From Candidatus Poribacteria bacterium (GTDB lineage Bacteria; Poribacteria; WGA-4E; WGA-3G), in the NCBI GenBank assembly GCA_963663765.2, contig CAXXUA010000006.1, positions 64,001 through 128,000 of the forward strand: a stretch of 64,000 nt of DNA, in the 5' to 3' direction. Position numbers and translations under genes: made by a program. The notes beneath the pieces were generated by a model that saw only the letters and a list, made by a program, of their open reading frames with translations, ran no database searches and was not told the origin of the DNA. Shown piece by piece: positions 10,982 to 21,893 of this stretch (the stretch's first letter is position 1; each line of letters begins with the position of its first letter).

Positions 10982-12295
10982 CAGGGTTATTTAGTTTTAA
11001 AAACTCTCAGTTATCAAGTTAACTGCGAGTTTAGGTTTTGAAGCTAAGTATTTTATCTCATCTGCTATACGCGTTATCCCAGCAAATCGCAACACTGCTA
11101 ATGCTGTATTTCGCAAAGCAGCCATGATTTGTGGAATAGCACCGCATCGGACAGACGATGCGTCTTCTCCAAGTTGTGTATCACGCATCCAATGCGACTT
11201 GTTCTCTATTGACCAATGCCCACGGCGTAGCTCAAGTAAACGTTGGGCAGAAGTTTCTTCGGGTGTCAGACTTGTAATACCATAATGGATTTTGGTTTTT
11301 TCTTCTCCTGTTTCGTATTTTTGTAAGTATAACGATATTGGAACACTTGTGCTATACCTGGCCAATCCAGATATGCGTTGAGACTTGTGCTTGCTTTCAA
11401 ACACCTTGTCTCTATTCTACCATGTGATTTTTCAGAAGTCTCGTGAGTGTAAATAGGGGCTCCCAATTTAGGATGTGGTGTGTTATCAGAAAGCGTGTCT
11501 GGAACGTCTTGAAAGAGTTTTTGGATCTCATCGTAAAGGTCCGGTTGGTTCTTTTTGACAGGGAGCACATAGTCTCCATTACCCTCTATGATGGCGTGGC
11601 AGAATGGTCGCTGTGTCAAAAGTGCGTCTGTTGTGATGACTTTACCACTCACATCAAAGTTTTTGAGGATCTCTGTTGAGATCGGTATTTCGTTGGTTTT
11701 ATCACTGACACCTTTTTGTGTAAGTGTGACGCCTAACTCATGAGACACAACAGAGAGTAAATGGCTTATTGTCGCACCACTTTTCTTACTGGCACGCATC
11801 GTTTTACCGTCTATAGCGACTGCGTCAAGACAACCTTCTAAATCAGGTCGACTTTGACAAACGTCTTCTACCCAGTCTGTAAATGTCTTTTCAACAGCAT
11901 CAGCATCTAAATCTTTTAGAACATTATGTATTGTTGCGGGACAAGGTGTTTTCTTATGTGTAAAACCGAGTGTTCTTGCGAGGTCTGGTTGGGTTCGGGC
12001 CCAAGTTGCGATGGATGTATATCCTTTATGTCCAGTCATAAAACCAATAATGTTAAGTCCGATGATTGATTTCAATGGGTGTCGTTTTCCTTTATTGTTG
12101 CGCGGGTCTTGGATTTCTGCTAATCTATCTAACAAGTGTCGAGAGTTTTTCTCTGGCATTTTTCACCTCAAAGGTAAGATTTTTTAGGTGAAGTATAGCA
12201 GATATAGCGCGATAAATCACGCTATATCTGCATATCCAAAAATATTAACGATTGTGATAAAAAACAACCAAAACTCCTAAAACTAAATAACCCTG
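10982..12295 (-). mobile_element. ISAs1 family insertion sequence
   Basis: TIRs CAGGGTTATTTAGTTTTA / TAAAACTAAATAACCCTG; 9-bp TSD TACATAATG. Confidence 0.95.
10997..12159 (-). pseudogene. ISAs1 transposase, frameshifted near 11311
   Basis: DPR, AIDGK, NEIP, EKSHGRIE in one frame, RGHWSIEN in another; one A missing in ACG AAA (A)CA GGA. Confidence 0.88.
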
Positions 12296-12303
12296 TACAT
12301 AAT

Positions 12304-13762
12304 GGGTGTGTAAAGTTTTTGGCATGGACATCATGCTGCTTTTGTGTTTGGATACCAATATCTGTCCCAAGCCTTATTCTTTGACAAACATCTCCACTTT
12401 AGCACAGCATTGATGCCCGGTTGCTCCCATCTCATAGCTGCTTGTTTACACCTTTCTCCGACAACATGTTTACATGCACTTTCAATCACACCACTTCCAA
12501 TCATATACCCTTTTTCTCTAAACGCTTTATACTGCATGCGGTTTGCATGTTTTTCAAAATATCTTGCTTCTCTTTCTAAACTCTCTGACACCTCTGCGTG
12601 CTGTGTGGCTAAGGCACGAATGCTTGAGGCAACTTCTGCGATGTTCCCATCATGCAGAAAACATTCTGTTTCTTTTATCCACGCTTCAAACAGCTCCGTT
12701 TCTGTCTCTTCAAACACAAGTTTCGCAACATCATACAGATGAGACACGGCGTGTGGATAATCCACAATCTGAACAGCATTCGGAAAGTATTCTTTACAAA
12801 GGTTCCAAATCCACGCAGCACCATCTCCGATAAATACAATCTCTTGTGTATTTATATCTTTTTGATAGATGCCACTTTGTAGTGCTAACGCATACAACTT
12901 TTTACCAAATGCGGCGGCATTTTGACGACCCGCAACATACCGAATACTTTCTGTTCTCACACTCGGGGTCCCACCCGAAACAGGTTGTGGATAATCTCTG
13001 TAAATACACCCCACTTTCACCTCTTTCCACCCATCCGGAGAGTTCGTGTGGCACCCATCGCAACTCACATACCAACGCTGATTTTCCGCAAGTTCTTGAG
13101 CCTCTACTTGTTCACATACATCCAAATCTTCTGCCAACTTACACACACTTTGATGAAGTGTCGTGTGACTCACTTCTATCCCTTGATGAGACAACTCCTC
13201 TGATGCTTCCCTATAGTCAAGCCACGCAGACAAACGACACATCGCTTCAACAACACGATGCGTGTATTGATCCGATAACTTCTGTTTGACTTCCCACGGG
13301 GCATGCCTATGTCCGTGTTCACAACAATACACCCAACGGCTTGGACTTATTTTGCCACAAAGAGTTGTTAGATGTTTCGCACGCTTGCGTAATGGACGAC
13401 AAGGTGCTTGACACTCTGGACATTCAACAGGTTCACTCTCTTTCTTACCTGCCTTTTTAGACACACACACTTCTAAAAACTTTTGTTCAAGAGAACGAAA
13501 TTCTTCGGAAACACGAACTTCAACATCATCTAAAGATAAACTCTCGTCAGCATCAATGTCTCCATAGAGATCGGTTACTTCTTTGACAATCTTTCTAAAA
13601 TCATCTTCACAATCATTGCTTTCATGAACACTTAATGATATACTTGACATTGGTATCCTCTCCTAAAATTGAAATTTATTTATTAGGTTAGGATACCATG
13701 TGTATACATTCTGAGCAAGAACTCCTTTCAAGGCATTTTCATGCCAAAAACTTTACACACCC
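12304..13762 (-). mobile_element. ISKra4-like insertion sequence
   Basis: 23-bp TIR GGGTGTGTAAAGTTTTTGGCATG; TSD TTACATAAT (13763-13771, left copy at 10972-10980). Confidence 0.9.
12331..13650 (-). CDS. ISKra4/UPF0236-type DDE transposase
   Basis: GDGAAWIW, DYPHAVSHL, IGSGVIESACK motifs; N-terminal CPEC. Confidence 0.9.
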   Translation of the reverse strand: MSSISLSVHESNDCEDDFRKIVKEVTDLYGDIDADESLSLDDVEVRVSEEFRSLEQKFLEVCVSKKAGKKESEPVECPECQAPCRPLRKRAKHLTTLCGKISPSRWVYCCEHGHRHAPWEVKQKLSDQYTHRVVEAMCRLSAWLDYREASEELSHQGIEVSHTTLHQSVCKLAEDLDVCEQVEAQELAENQRWYVSCDGCHTNSPDGWKEVKVGCIYRDYPQPVSGGTPSVRTESIRYVAGRQNAAAFGKKLYALALQSGIYQKDINTQEIVFIGDGAAWIWNLCKEYFPNAVQIVDYPHAVSHLYDVAKLVFEETETELFEAWIKETECFLHDGNIAEVASSIRALATQHAEVSESLEREARYFEKHANRMQYKAFREKGYMIGSGVIESACKHVVGERCKQAAMRWEQPGINAVLKWRCLSKNKAWDRYWYPNTKAA

Positions 13763-13870
13763 TTACATAATGGATGTGTAAAGTTTTTGCACAAACATCC
13801 CACTCTCCATTGTAGGACAGTCTCTGTACCCCGCCGCAACTGATTAAATGAGAGATTGCGGACACAGAGT

Positions 13871-14014
13871 CCTAATGAGTTTTGACGTTCAAGTTGTGTA
13901 TTCGTAGGCGCGTGGTTTCCACACAAGATCTACGCAAACTCAAAAACCAAACGGGTTGGGGAACCCAACCCCTATGAATTCAACTACCGATTTTCATTGT
14001 CAAACTTCATTAGG
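13871..14014. repeat. 144-bp MITE-like element (CCTAATGA...TCATTAGG); inverted copy at 24845-24988
   Basis: Imperfect 16-bp TIR; two internal GTAG-type hairpins; same length in both copies. Confidence 0.8.
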
Positions 14015-14029
14015 TGTCAATATAAAGAA

Positions 14030-14441
14030 ATATTGCTAATATTAACCATATTCTTCAGTCCCGTAGGGACGATATGTTTATAGAAATACATATCCCCACG
14101 TCTTTTTAGTCCCGACAAATGCCATACGGGGAATGCCTTAATGGCATTCATACCCGGGGAATGCCAAAAGGCATTCATACCGTTGATTTCTTGATTTGGC
14201 GCATTTGGCGTTGATTTGGTAGGGACGATATGTTTATCCTTCTATGTCGTTCCTACGGAACTAAAGAGAGGGGATGTGATAACGTCTTTCTATAAACATA
14301 TCGTCCCTACGGGACTAAAGACCGATGTTCAGGTTTCAATAATCTAAAATTGATGTATAAGGTGCAGTTAGGAAACTGCATTTGGGTATTAACTTTCAGT
14401 AAATCAAAATAACAGAAAACTTTTAAAACTGAATAACCCTG
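14030..14441. mobile_element. Partial ISAs1-derived MITE, reverse orientation
   Basis: Same interior as 7592 copy; only one TIR (AAAACTGAATAACCCTG); left boundary approximate. Confidence 0.75.
14115..14219 (+). repeat. Hairpin micro-insertion (34 bp) with a second one (14129-14199) nested inside
   Basis: Interrupts GTCCCG^TAGGGAC; both end TTGATTTGG. Confidence 0.8.
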
Positions 14442-14459
14442 ACCAAAACGGAACTTTCT

Positions 14460-14560
14460 TTGCTCCAGCGGAGCAATATGTTTATAGTCACATTGTCAGC
14501 CCGCATCACCGCTCCAGCGGAGCGGTATGTTAGAGCCGCACATAACACTCCGCTGGAGCA
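14460..14560. repeat. REP-like cluster GCTCCAGCGGAGC
   Basis: Two direct and one inverted copy; followed by ATATGTT/GTATGTT like the GTCCCGTAGGGAC family. Confidence 0.7.
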
Positions 14561-15000
14561 CATCATTTTCTCCAGTTTCACAAATGGACGAAACTCGGAG
14601 AAAAATAGACGTTCTGTTGAATAATCAACTTCTACAAGATGAAAATTGTCCAAACTACCTTGTTTTTGTCCAATGAATGTGGAAAACCATACCAACTATG
14701 AGCACACACAAACCCATACCCACATTGAGAAAATAATACCTCAAAAGGTAGCACAGAACTTGAACGAACCTTTCAAAGAAAAAGGAAACAAAAACTACGA
14801 TTTTTATCGCTTTTTCCGATACCAAAGATGCCTTGAAAATGTTGGTACCCAGTCATAATGTGGGTTTCAAAGGTAGGGTATCGTGATTTGAGACCTTTCG
14901 ATCCCTTTTGAAATCAGATAGGGACTGGGATTGATAACCTCTCATTGATCAACTGGATCCCGACATGTTTGGACGAAAACAAGGAAACTATAGTAGACGT

Positions 15001-15242
15001 TATGATAATTAAAAATACTTCAACGAAAACCTGAAGTTATTTTTATTTATGTAATTCTAACAATATCACAGAGCAATGGTAAATCAACACTATAGACTCA
15101 TTCAACTGAAGCACTCAAAAATGGCGAAGGTATTGTTATTTATTAATCTTCATACGAGACTAAAGACATGGACAAGATGGCATCACATAAAATTAACGGC
15201 AAAGCAATAAATCATCAAAAATACCAAAAACTAAATAACCCG
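15001..15242. mobile_element. Right-hand remnant of ISAs1-derived MITE with ATGAAG-type insert
   Basis: Matches 21631-21809 architecture; ends AAAACTAAATAACCCG. Confidence 0.65.
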
Positions 15243-15291
15243 TGTGGATGGTGCGTTAAGTTCTTTGGATTAATCGTTGCAATTCAAAATC

Positions 15292-15942
15292 TCAGATTAG
15301 TTCCCGGATTTTATCACGAAAATAACAGAAACTTGGTGACTTGTTATTATTGATGTCCATATATGGTGTAATATTTCTTGCCCACTCTGATTTTTCCTTA
15401 CCGATTATAAACCAAGGCTCATTTTCAAGCACATTTGACCCTCCAGGATATATTGCATCAGCCAGATTTTCCCACGTATTGCAAATGGAGTCATTTTGAT
15501 AACTATTCAGGATGTTGGTTTTCGCTTTTGGATAAGCTTTCTTGATTGCGGTGAGATCACCAAGAAACCATGCTTCACCTTCTTCAATAGCAATGCAAAA
15601 TCGAGTTTTTGGTTTATGATTACATGCATTTAGGACAGAATTAAGTTCTTGTCGAAATGTTTTTAAGCACTTTCTATCTAAATCACAAACTACTATTAAA
15701 ACAGCTGGAAAGTTGTGAGGGTAATTGGAAAATGTTTTACCGTATCCATTGAGCAAGTTTGGAAGGCGGTCAAGTAAGATGCGTTTACTCGCGTCAGTGT
15801 GCCCTTGTAGATCTTTAGGAATGTGACCGATTCCTCGGTAACTATGGATTTTGTATGTATGTTGGTTGCCAATAATCTTTCGCATCAGAACTTTAAGTGT
15901 CTTTTCACCAGATTGATCTTCAACCAATATTTCAAAATGCAC
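15292..15942 (-). CDS. DUF4276 (TOPRIM-like) protein
   Basis: ILVED, VVCDLD, IEEGEAWFLGD, SPSF motifs; follows AAA ATPase. Confidence 0.75.
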   Translation of the reverse strand: MHFEILVEDQSGEKTLKVLMRKIIGNQHTYKIHSYRGIGHIPKDLQGHTDASKRILLDRLPNLLNGYGKTFSNYPHNFPAVLIVVCDLDRKCLKTFRQELNSVLNACNHKPKTRFCIAIEEGEAWFLGDLTAIKKAYPKAKTNILNSYQNDSICNTWENLADAIYPGGSNVLENEPWFIIGKEKSEWARNITPYMDINNNKSPSFCYFRDKIRELI

Positions 15943-15945
15943 TTA

Positions 15946-17316
15946 TCACCTCGGGTCAAGATAATCGCTGTACCAGAGTCCACCCAAGGGTAATCCTTCT
16001 TCCACAAGATTGTTTACAAGCGGATCTTCGCTTGCTCGGTGGATTTTGGAAAAACCGTCTTCACCCTTTTCCAAAATCCAAACCTCTTTTGGGTCCAATG
16101 CATCAATGAAGTATGGTTGATGCGTCGTAACAAAAACTTGCGAGCCACCTTTGCGTCCCGTTGCATGTGCTCGGAATTCAGTGGCGAGAATCTCCAAAAG
16201 TTTGTGATATAGGTAGTTTTCCGGTTCTTCAATGCAGAGAAAAGGTGGTGACGTTGGTGCTTCCAGCATTAGGAGATAGGCAAACAATTTTAGTGTTCCA
16301 TCGGACATCTGCTGTGCGTAAAATGGGTCTTGAAAACCTTTTTCGTTGAATCTAAGTAACAACTTATTGTCTTCTGTCTTTTTAGTGTCAATTTTTTCTA
16401 TACCTGGAATTTTTTCTGCGATTTTTTTTAGAATTACTTGGAAACGTCGAGGGTGTTCGCCCTCCATAAATTGAGCAAAGTTTCTTAGGTTATTACCTTG
16501 TTTATTGAGATATTCTTGCGGACCAGCAAATTGTAAGTTACGTGCTGCATCTGGAGAGAAGTAACTAAGAAACCATCCTTCAATGAAACGGCGGAAGGCA
16601 GAAATTCTCGGATGCTGTTTTAAGGCACCGAGCGTAGCAATACCAAGTTTTCGAGGATTATCCAATTCAATAGTCTCTGTTTCACTTGACTCCTCTGCTT
16701 TTATAGATTCAAGAGCAGCTTGTAGATCTAGGTTGAATTGAATGGCTAAATCTTCATTGTCTTTTTCAATCTGGAATCCTTCTTGAACATCAGTTTCTTT
16801 GGACACTTCTGATCCAATGGATTTAATTAGTTCTTTCAGGTCGTTAAATTGGTACCCGTCTTGATTACCTTTCCATACCACGCCACTTCCATTAATAAGA
16901 TCTAAAAAAGAGAAAGGTTGGCCGTATTTCTGATTCTTTCGTCTCTGTCTGAGTCTTTCATAGCGAACATAAGGACGTCCTACACTGTCAGGTGCAATAG
17001 CAATTTTGTATGTAATAGGTCTTGCATTTCCATGTTCTCTATAATATACATCAAATTCAATAGGACCTATTGCACCTTGTGACCGAATTCTCTCAAACCC
17101 CCCGCGCTCATCACATGCTGCCTCAACATCAAATTTTAGGGCATCTGCTAGGAAACCAAACGCATCAAATAGTGTAGTCTTACCAACTCCATTTTTTCCA
17201 ATTATTGTTGTTATGGGAGTGAGTGCTTCTGTTTTTTTTTGGCCCTGTAGCCGCCCTAGTGTTACATCATTGAGGACTCCATAGTTTCTTACTCTAAAAC
17301 CTTCTAATATTGCCAT
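15946..17316 (-). CDS. AAA_21 / ABC-type ATPase
   Basis: GKNGVGKT, MSDGT, CIEEPEN, TTHQP. Confidence 0.9.
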   Translation of the reverse strand: MAILEGFRVRNYGVLNDVTLGRLQGQKKTEALTPITTIIGKNGVGKTTLFDAFGFLADALKFDVEAACDERGGFERIRSQGAIGPIEFDVYYREHGNARPITYKIAIAPDSVGRPYVRYERLRQRRKNQKYGQPFSFLDLINGSGVVWKGNQDGYQFNDLKELIKSIGSEVSKETDVQEGFQIEKDNEDLAIQFNLDLQAALESIKAEESSETETIELDNPRKLGIATLGALKQHPRISAFRRFIEGWFLSYFSPDAARNLQFAGPQEYLNKQGNNLRNFAQFMEGEHPRRFQVILKKIAEKIPGIEKIDTKKTEDNKLLLRFNEKGFQDPFYAQQMSDGTLKLFAYLLMLEAPTSPPFLCIEEPENYLYHKLLEILATEFRAHATGRKGGSQVFVTTHQPYFIDALDPKEVWILEKGEDGFSKIHRASEDPLVNNLVEEGLPLGGLWYSDYLDPR

Positions 17317-17357
17317 TTGATAATCTTCCTTGAGTGAGTTCCTAATGTAAGTATGAA

Positions 17358-17690
17358 CTATCTCGGATTACACGGGGTGTGGTTAGCAGCAAGAAGATCT
17401 ACCTCCTTCTTTAAACGGGAACTAGCATCATCGTCTTGATGAACACATATACAATTTACTCCATTCCTTAGTGCACAAGGCCACTTCTCGTGATATGGGA
17501 TTCTTTCCTCCAGTGAATTTGTTTGACCGATATATATAAACGTGTGTGTTCCCCTTCCATCGGATCCAACTACACGCTTTGAGAATATGTAAACTGCTCC
17601 AACATCGATGAAAACTGTGTCCGTGGTATAAACCCCAAAATTGTAAGTACCTGTCTTACCTTGAAAGGTTGCATCAGCTATTTTTCCCAT
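17358..17690 (-). CDS. Small GIY-YIG-like protein
   Basis: GAVYIF...IYIGQT..L.ERI..H...E motif order. Confidence 0.6.
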   Translation of the reverse strand: MGKIADATFQGKTGTYNFGVYTTDTVFIDVGAVYIFSKRVVGSDGRGTHTFIYIGQTNSLEERIPYHEKWPCALRNGVNCICVHQDDDASSRLKKEVDLLAANHTPCNPR

Positions 17691-17908
17691 ATTGTTGTCC
17701 TATATCAAAACTTTTTAGAAAATTAAATATTCAGATTATCGGTGATATAAAGGATTCTTGTGAACATTGTGACAATATTGGACATTATACCACTTCAAGT
17801 CACTTTTGAAAACTAAAATTGTTCATTTTGTAGCACATGCAGGTGAACGAATTTCTAATACGAAAAATAAAGGTTTTAAGTGTTTAATTCTCAACAATCG
17901 GTATCGGT

Positions 17909-20900
17909 CTAATCATCTGCGGGGACGGCAGCACCTAATAGTTCTTCATCAGAAACGGGGCGGAAACGTGCTTCTGGGTCTTTGAGGAAAAATGCCCGAA
18001 GGTCAGTGATGATTGCATATAATGCAGGCATGACAAACAACGTCATCAACGTTGCAAATGCAAGTCCGAAGATAATGGTATATGCCATCGGCATCCAGAT
18101 CGGAGATTTTCCACCTAATCCAAGTGCCATTGGGATAAGTCCGATAATTGTCGTCATTGATGTCAATATAATTGGACGCAAGCGGATACTCCCCCCTTTC
18201 AGAATAGCATACCATCGGTTGTGTCCTCGTTCTCTGAATTTGTTGATAAAGTCTATCATTACAATAGAATCATTAACGACGATTCCTGCGAGTGCGACTA
18301 TACCAAACATTGCAATCATGCTGAGCGTTGCATTAGAAATCAGCAATCCAACCATCGCCCCTATCATACCGAAGGGTACCGCAAAGAGAATGATTATGGG
18401 TTGCGTAAATGACTTGAATTGTGCACCTAATATCATATAGATAACCAGGATTCCGACAATGAAGAGTTTCTGTAGGTCTGCGAATGATTCCCGGATTTCA
18501 TCAAAAACACCTCTAAAATCCAACCGATATCCTGGGTATAACGATTCTATATTTGCAAACGACGTCATCAATGCTTCGGTCACTGCAAATGGAGTGGTTT
18601 TATCTCTATCAACGGTGGCATAAACAGAAATTGCACGTTCACCTTCAAACCGTCGGATATCCGAATAACCTTTTTCTTCAACGATATGCGCAACATCCTT
18701 AAGAGGCACTGTTGTCCCCATAGGAGTTGTAATCAGCATATCCTTTATTTGTTCAATTGTCTGTAAGCGATTTTCATCATATTTGACGATGACATCAATT
18801 GCGTCATCCGCTTCACGATATGTTGTAGCTTTTGCGCCTTCAATTGCTGTCCGAACAGTCTGTGCAACTTGTAGCGTTGACATACCGAAATATGCAGCTT
18901 TTTCAGATTTCAAATAGATGCGTAATTCTGATTTACCTATACGAAAATCGTCCCGAATGTCTTCGACACCATCAATCTCACCAAGTGTTCCCTTAAGTCT
19001 TTCAGCAATTTCTACCAATTGTTCAAATTTATCACCTTTGACTTTCACTTCAACATCCTGTCCTTGGGGTGGTCCTCCTTGCAGTTTGACAAAGTTTAGT
19101 TTTTCGATTCCACTGATGTTAGTAGTTTTTTCCCTTAAAGAAGCAATGACTTCATCAGTATTTCGTTTACGTTCACTCTTGGGTACAAGTTCTACGATAA
19201 GTTCTGCATAATTTGAGCCGTAAGTGATTCCCTCAAGAAGTCCAGAAGTAGGTGTATGCAGTCCGATATTTGTGACTATTGCATCGACCTCATCTTCAGG
19301 CAGTTGACCTGCTGCTTCCTCAACTTTGGCAATTGCCTCCGTTGTTTGTTGTATCCCATAAGATGGTGGCATTTCGGCTTTGACGTAGAATTGCGGAAAA
19401 TCTTCTCCCGGAAAGAGTTCTTTGTCAAGAAGTATGAACCCACTAGCACACACAATCAAACCGATAAAAAGCACACTACTTACAAAGATATATCGTTTTC
19501 GTATCGTAATTTTGAGAATTCTGACATATCGGTTCCGGATAAAATCAAAGATTGTCAGAAACCATGCAAAAAACCCAATGACGCGGATACTCGCAGTAAA
19601 AGCACCACGTGACCGAGTTCGCAGGTTTTCAAGTCTACTACGTCCAGTCCGTGTTCTGGCTTTACCCCATTCAGATACGTGTGCTGGCAAAATAACAAAG
19701 ACTTCAAAGAGAGAAGCGACCAAGACAATGATAGCCATTATCGGTACAATCCGCATAAACTGACCAGAAACACCGGACATAAACATCAAGGGACCAAAAG
19801 CACCAATAGTTGTCAAACTTGCAGCAACAACGGGCCAACCGACCTCTTCGGCACCACGAATAGCAGCAACTTTTGGAGATGCGCCTGCCTCAATATGACG
19901 ATATGTGTTCTCTATAACAACAATTGCATCGTCAACAACAATTCCAACAACCAAGATGAGACCAAACAGTGCCACGCCGCTTAGCGAGTAACCAGCAATT
20001 GACATGAACCAAAAAGTCGCCATAAATGCGACAGGAATACCAAGTGCTGCAAAGAGCGCATTTCGCCAGCCAATAAATAGGAACAGCATCAGTATAACAA
20101 GAATAAGTCCGAAAATAGCATTTGTTTCAAGAATACCCAACCTTTCTTTTAATATAACAGAATAATCATTGACTGGTGTTAGTACTGCACCCTCGGGTAA
20201 ATCGTTTTGCTTTTCTTTAACTAAATCACGTAGTTTTGCGACTAATGTGATTGTGTTCCCCTCACTTTTTTTCTGGACGCTCAGACTAATGGAGGGTTGT
20301 CCACTGATTCGAGAAAGCGTGCGTGCTTCCTCATAGGTAGAGGAAACTTTTGCAACATCGCGCAGACGAATCGGTGTTCCAGAAGGTTGTACTGCAATAA
20401 TCGTGTCCCCAATAATTTCCGTGTTTGAAAATTCGCCCATTGTGCGCACCATAAATTCGGAGTTGCCAATTTCCATGGTGCCTGCAGGTATATTTAAATT
20501 GCCAACTTGTAATGCTGTTGAGACTCTTTCAATCGGTAGGTTATATGCCTTTAAACGGTCTGGATCTACTTCAATCCATATCTCACGTTCACGTAATCCA
20601 GCAATTTGCACGGATGCAATATTCTTGATTTCTAATATCTCATCCCTAAGATCCTCAGCGATTTCTCGCATCTGTAACTCTGTAATGCTTCCTCCAACAA
20701 CGATAGTTAACATTGGAAAACCGGACGCTATGTCCAATTCAAGTACTGCTGGATCGTCTAAAATCTCCTCTGGTAAGTCATTAACTTGTTCAACAGCAGT
20801 TCTTAGATTCTCCATCTCCTTATCGAATTCACGATCACTCATCTCATCAAAATCAATAGTAATAATTGATCTTTCTTCTGAGGATGTAGAAAGCATTAAG

Positions 20901-21175
20901 TTTATTTTATTAACATTTTCTTCAATAGAATCCTCAATAGTTGCAGTAACGAGTTTTTCTACCTCTTCGGGAGATGCTCCCGGATACAAGGTTGTTACGG
21001 TCGCTGATTGGAGTGCAATTTCTGGTGTGAGTTCACGTGGTAGGTTTATCCATGCATACAACCCAAAAATGATGATAAGAATCATCAACATATTGGCAAA
21101 TACCGGGTTGTTCACAGACATTCTTGGAATGGACATGTTGGGAAATATTCTCCTTGATGTTATACTAGTGTTCAA
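17909..21175 (-). CDS. RND (AcrB/AcrD/AcrF family) transporter
   Basis: GIVVDDAIVVIEN, GIVVNDSIV, RLRPIILT; true start probably MSIPR. Confidence 0.93.
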   Translation of the reverse strand: MNTSITSRRIFPNMSIPRMSVNNPVFANMLMILIIIFGLYAWINLPRELTPEIALQSATVTTLYPGASPEEVEKLVTATIEDSIEENVNKINLMLSTSSEERSIITIDFDEMSDREFDKEMENLRTAVEQVNDLPEEILDDPAVLELDIASGFPMLTIVVGGSITELQMREIAEDLRDEILEIKNIASVQIAGLREREIWIEVDPDRLKAYNLPIERVSTALQVGNLNIPAGTMEIGNSEFMVRTMGEFSNTEIIGDTIIAVQPSGTPIRLRDVAKVSSTYEEARTLSRISGQPSISLSVQKKSEGNTITLVAKLRDLVKEKQNDLPEGAVLTPVNDYSVILKERLGILETNAIFGLILVILMLFLFIGWRNALFAALGIPVAFMATFWFMSIAGYSLSGVALFGLILVVGIVVDDAIVVIENTYRHIEAGASPKVAAIRGAEEVGWPVVAASLTTIGAFGPLMFMSGVSGQFMRIVPIMAIIVLVASLFEVFVILPAHVSEWGKARTRTGRSRLENLRTRSRGAFTASIRVIGFFAWFLTIFDFIRNRYVRILKITIRKRYIFVSSVLFIGLIVCASGFILLDKELFPGEDFPQFYVKAEMPPSYGIQQTTEAIAKVEEAAGQLPEDEVDAIVTNIGLHTPTSGLLEGITYGSNYAELIVELVPKSERKRNTDEVIASLREKTTNISGIEKLNFVKLQGGPPQGQDVEVKVKGDKFEQLVEIAERLKGTLGEIDGVEDIRDDFRIGKSELRIYLKSEKAAYFGMSTLQVAQTVRTAIEGAKATTYREADDAIDVIVKYDENRLQTIEQIKDMLITTPMGTTVPLKDVAHIVEEKGYSDIRRFEGERAISVYATVDRDKTTPFAVTEALMTSFANIESLYPGYRLDFRGVFDEIRESFADLQKLFIVGILVIYMILGAQFKSFTQPIIILFAVPFGMIGAMVGLLISNATLSMIAMFGIVALAGIVVNDSIVMIDFINKFRERGHNRWYAILKGGSIRLRPIILTSMTTIIGLIPMALGLGGKSPIWMPMAYTIIFGLAFATLMTLFVMPALYAIITDLRAFFLKDPEARFRPVSDEELLGAAVPADD

Positions 21176-21217
21176 GCATGTGTTTTCAAAATCATTTCAG
21201 TAATTGATTATCAATAC

Positions 21218-21339
21218 CAGGACTTACGCACCTAACGGTAGACGCGCTTTGTAAGCGCGCTGGAAACCGAAAAAATGCTGAAAATTACACCATTTTCGTC
21301 ATAATTCTTCATCAAATCATGAAAACTGCGTAAGTCCTG
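21218..21339. mobile_element. 122-bp IS701-derived MITE
   Basis: TIR CAGGACTTACGCA / TGCGTAAGTCCTG as in IS701 at 51683; 5-bp TSD AATAC. Confidence 0.9.
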
Positions 21340-21413
21340 AATACGTAACTAAATATTGTATCATATTAAGTGAATAACTGACAAGAAACATTAATCATAA
21401 ATCATAGAGTGTG

Positions 21414-21809
21414 CAGGGTTATTTAGTTTTAAGAGTTTTCTGTTATTGAGATTTACTGAAAGTTAATATCCAGTTTCGGTTTCCTAACCGAACTTTATGC
21501 ATCAGTTTTAGATTATTGAAACATGAACATCGCTCTATAGTCCCGTAGGGACGATATGTTTATTCTTCTATGTCGTGCATTCGGAACTAAAGTGGGGTGG
21601 AAAACATTTTCTATAAACATATCGTCCCTAATGAAGATTAAAAAATACTTTGTGTAATTCTACTAATCCGCCTACAATCTGAAAAATATTTATTACCCGA
21701 TTAATAAATTAATCTTCATACGGGACTAAAGAACTAGACAAGATGGTATCCCATAAAATTAACGACATAGCAAAATAATACCAAAAATATTGAAAACTAA
21801 ATAACCCTG
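21414..21809. mobile_element. ISAs1-derived MITE with nested ~90-bp ATGAAGATTAA...TTAATCTTCAT element (21631-21720)
   Basis: ISAs1 TIRs; 9-bp TSD TAGAGTGTG. Confidence 0.9.
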
Positions 21810-21893
21810 TAGAGTGTGTTTTCTTGTTGATGTAACTATCGTAAGTATGGTACAATTGCCATATCTTAAACACTTGGAGAGAAACCGATCCCT

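Noticed and set aside
11300-11325. ISAs1 frameshift as programmed
   Set aside because: ISAs1 transposases are normally single ORFs; this looks like a 1-bp deletion or sequencing error.
14690-14990. AT-rich stretch resembling a CRISPR leader followed by GGGATTGAT...GGATCCCGAC
   Set aside because: No second repeat, no spacers and no cas genes; resemblance is subjective.
20403-21203. 266-aa antisense ORF and other shadow ORFs (e.g. 220-510, 63308-63682)
   Set aside because: They overlap well-supported genes on the opposite strand and lack motifs.
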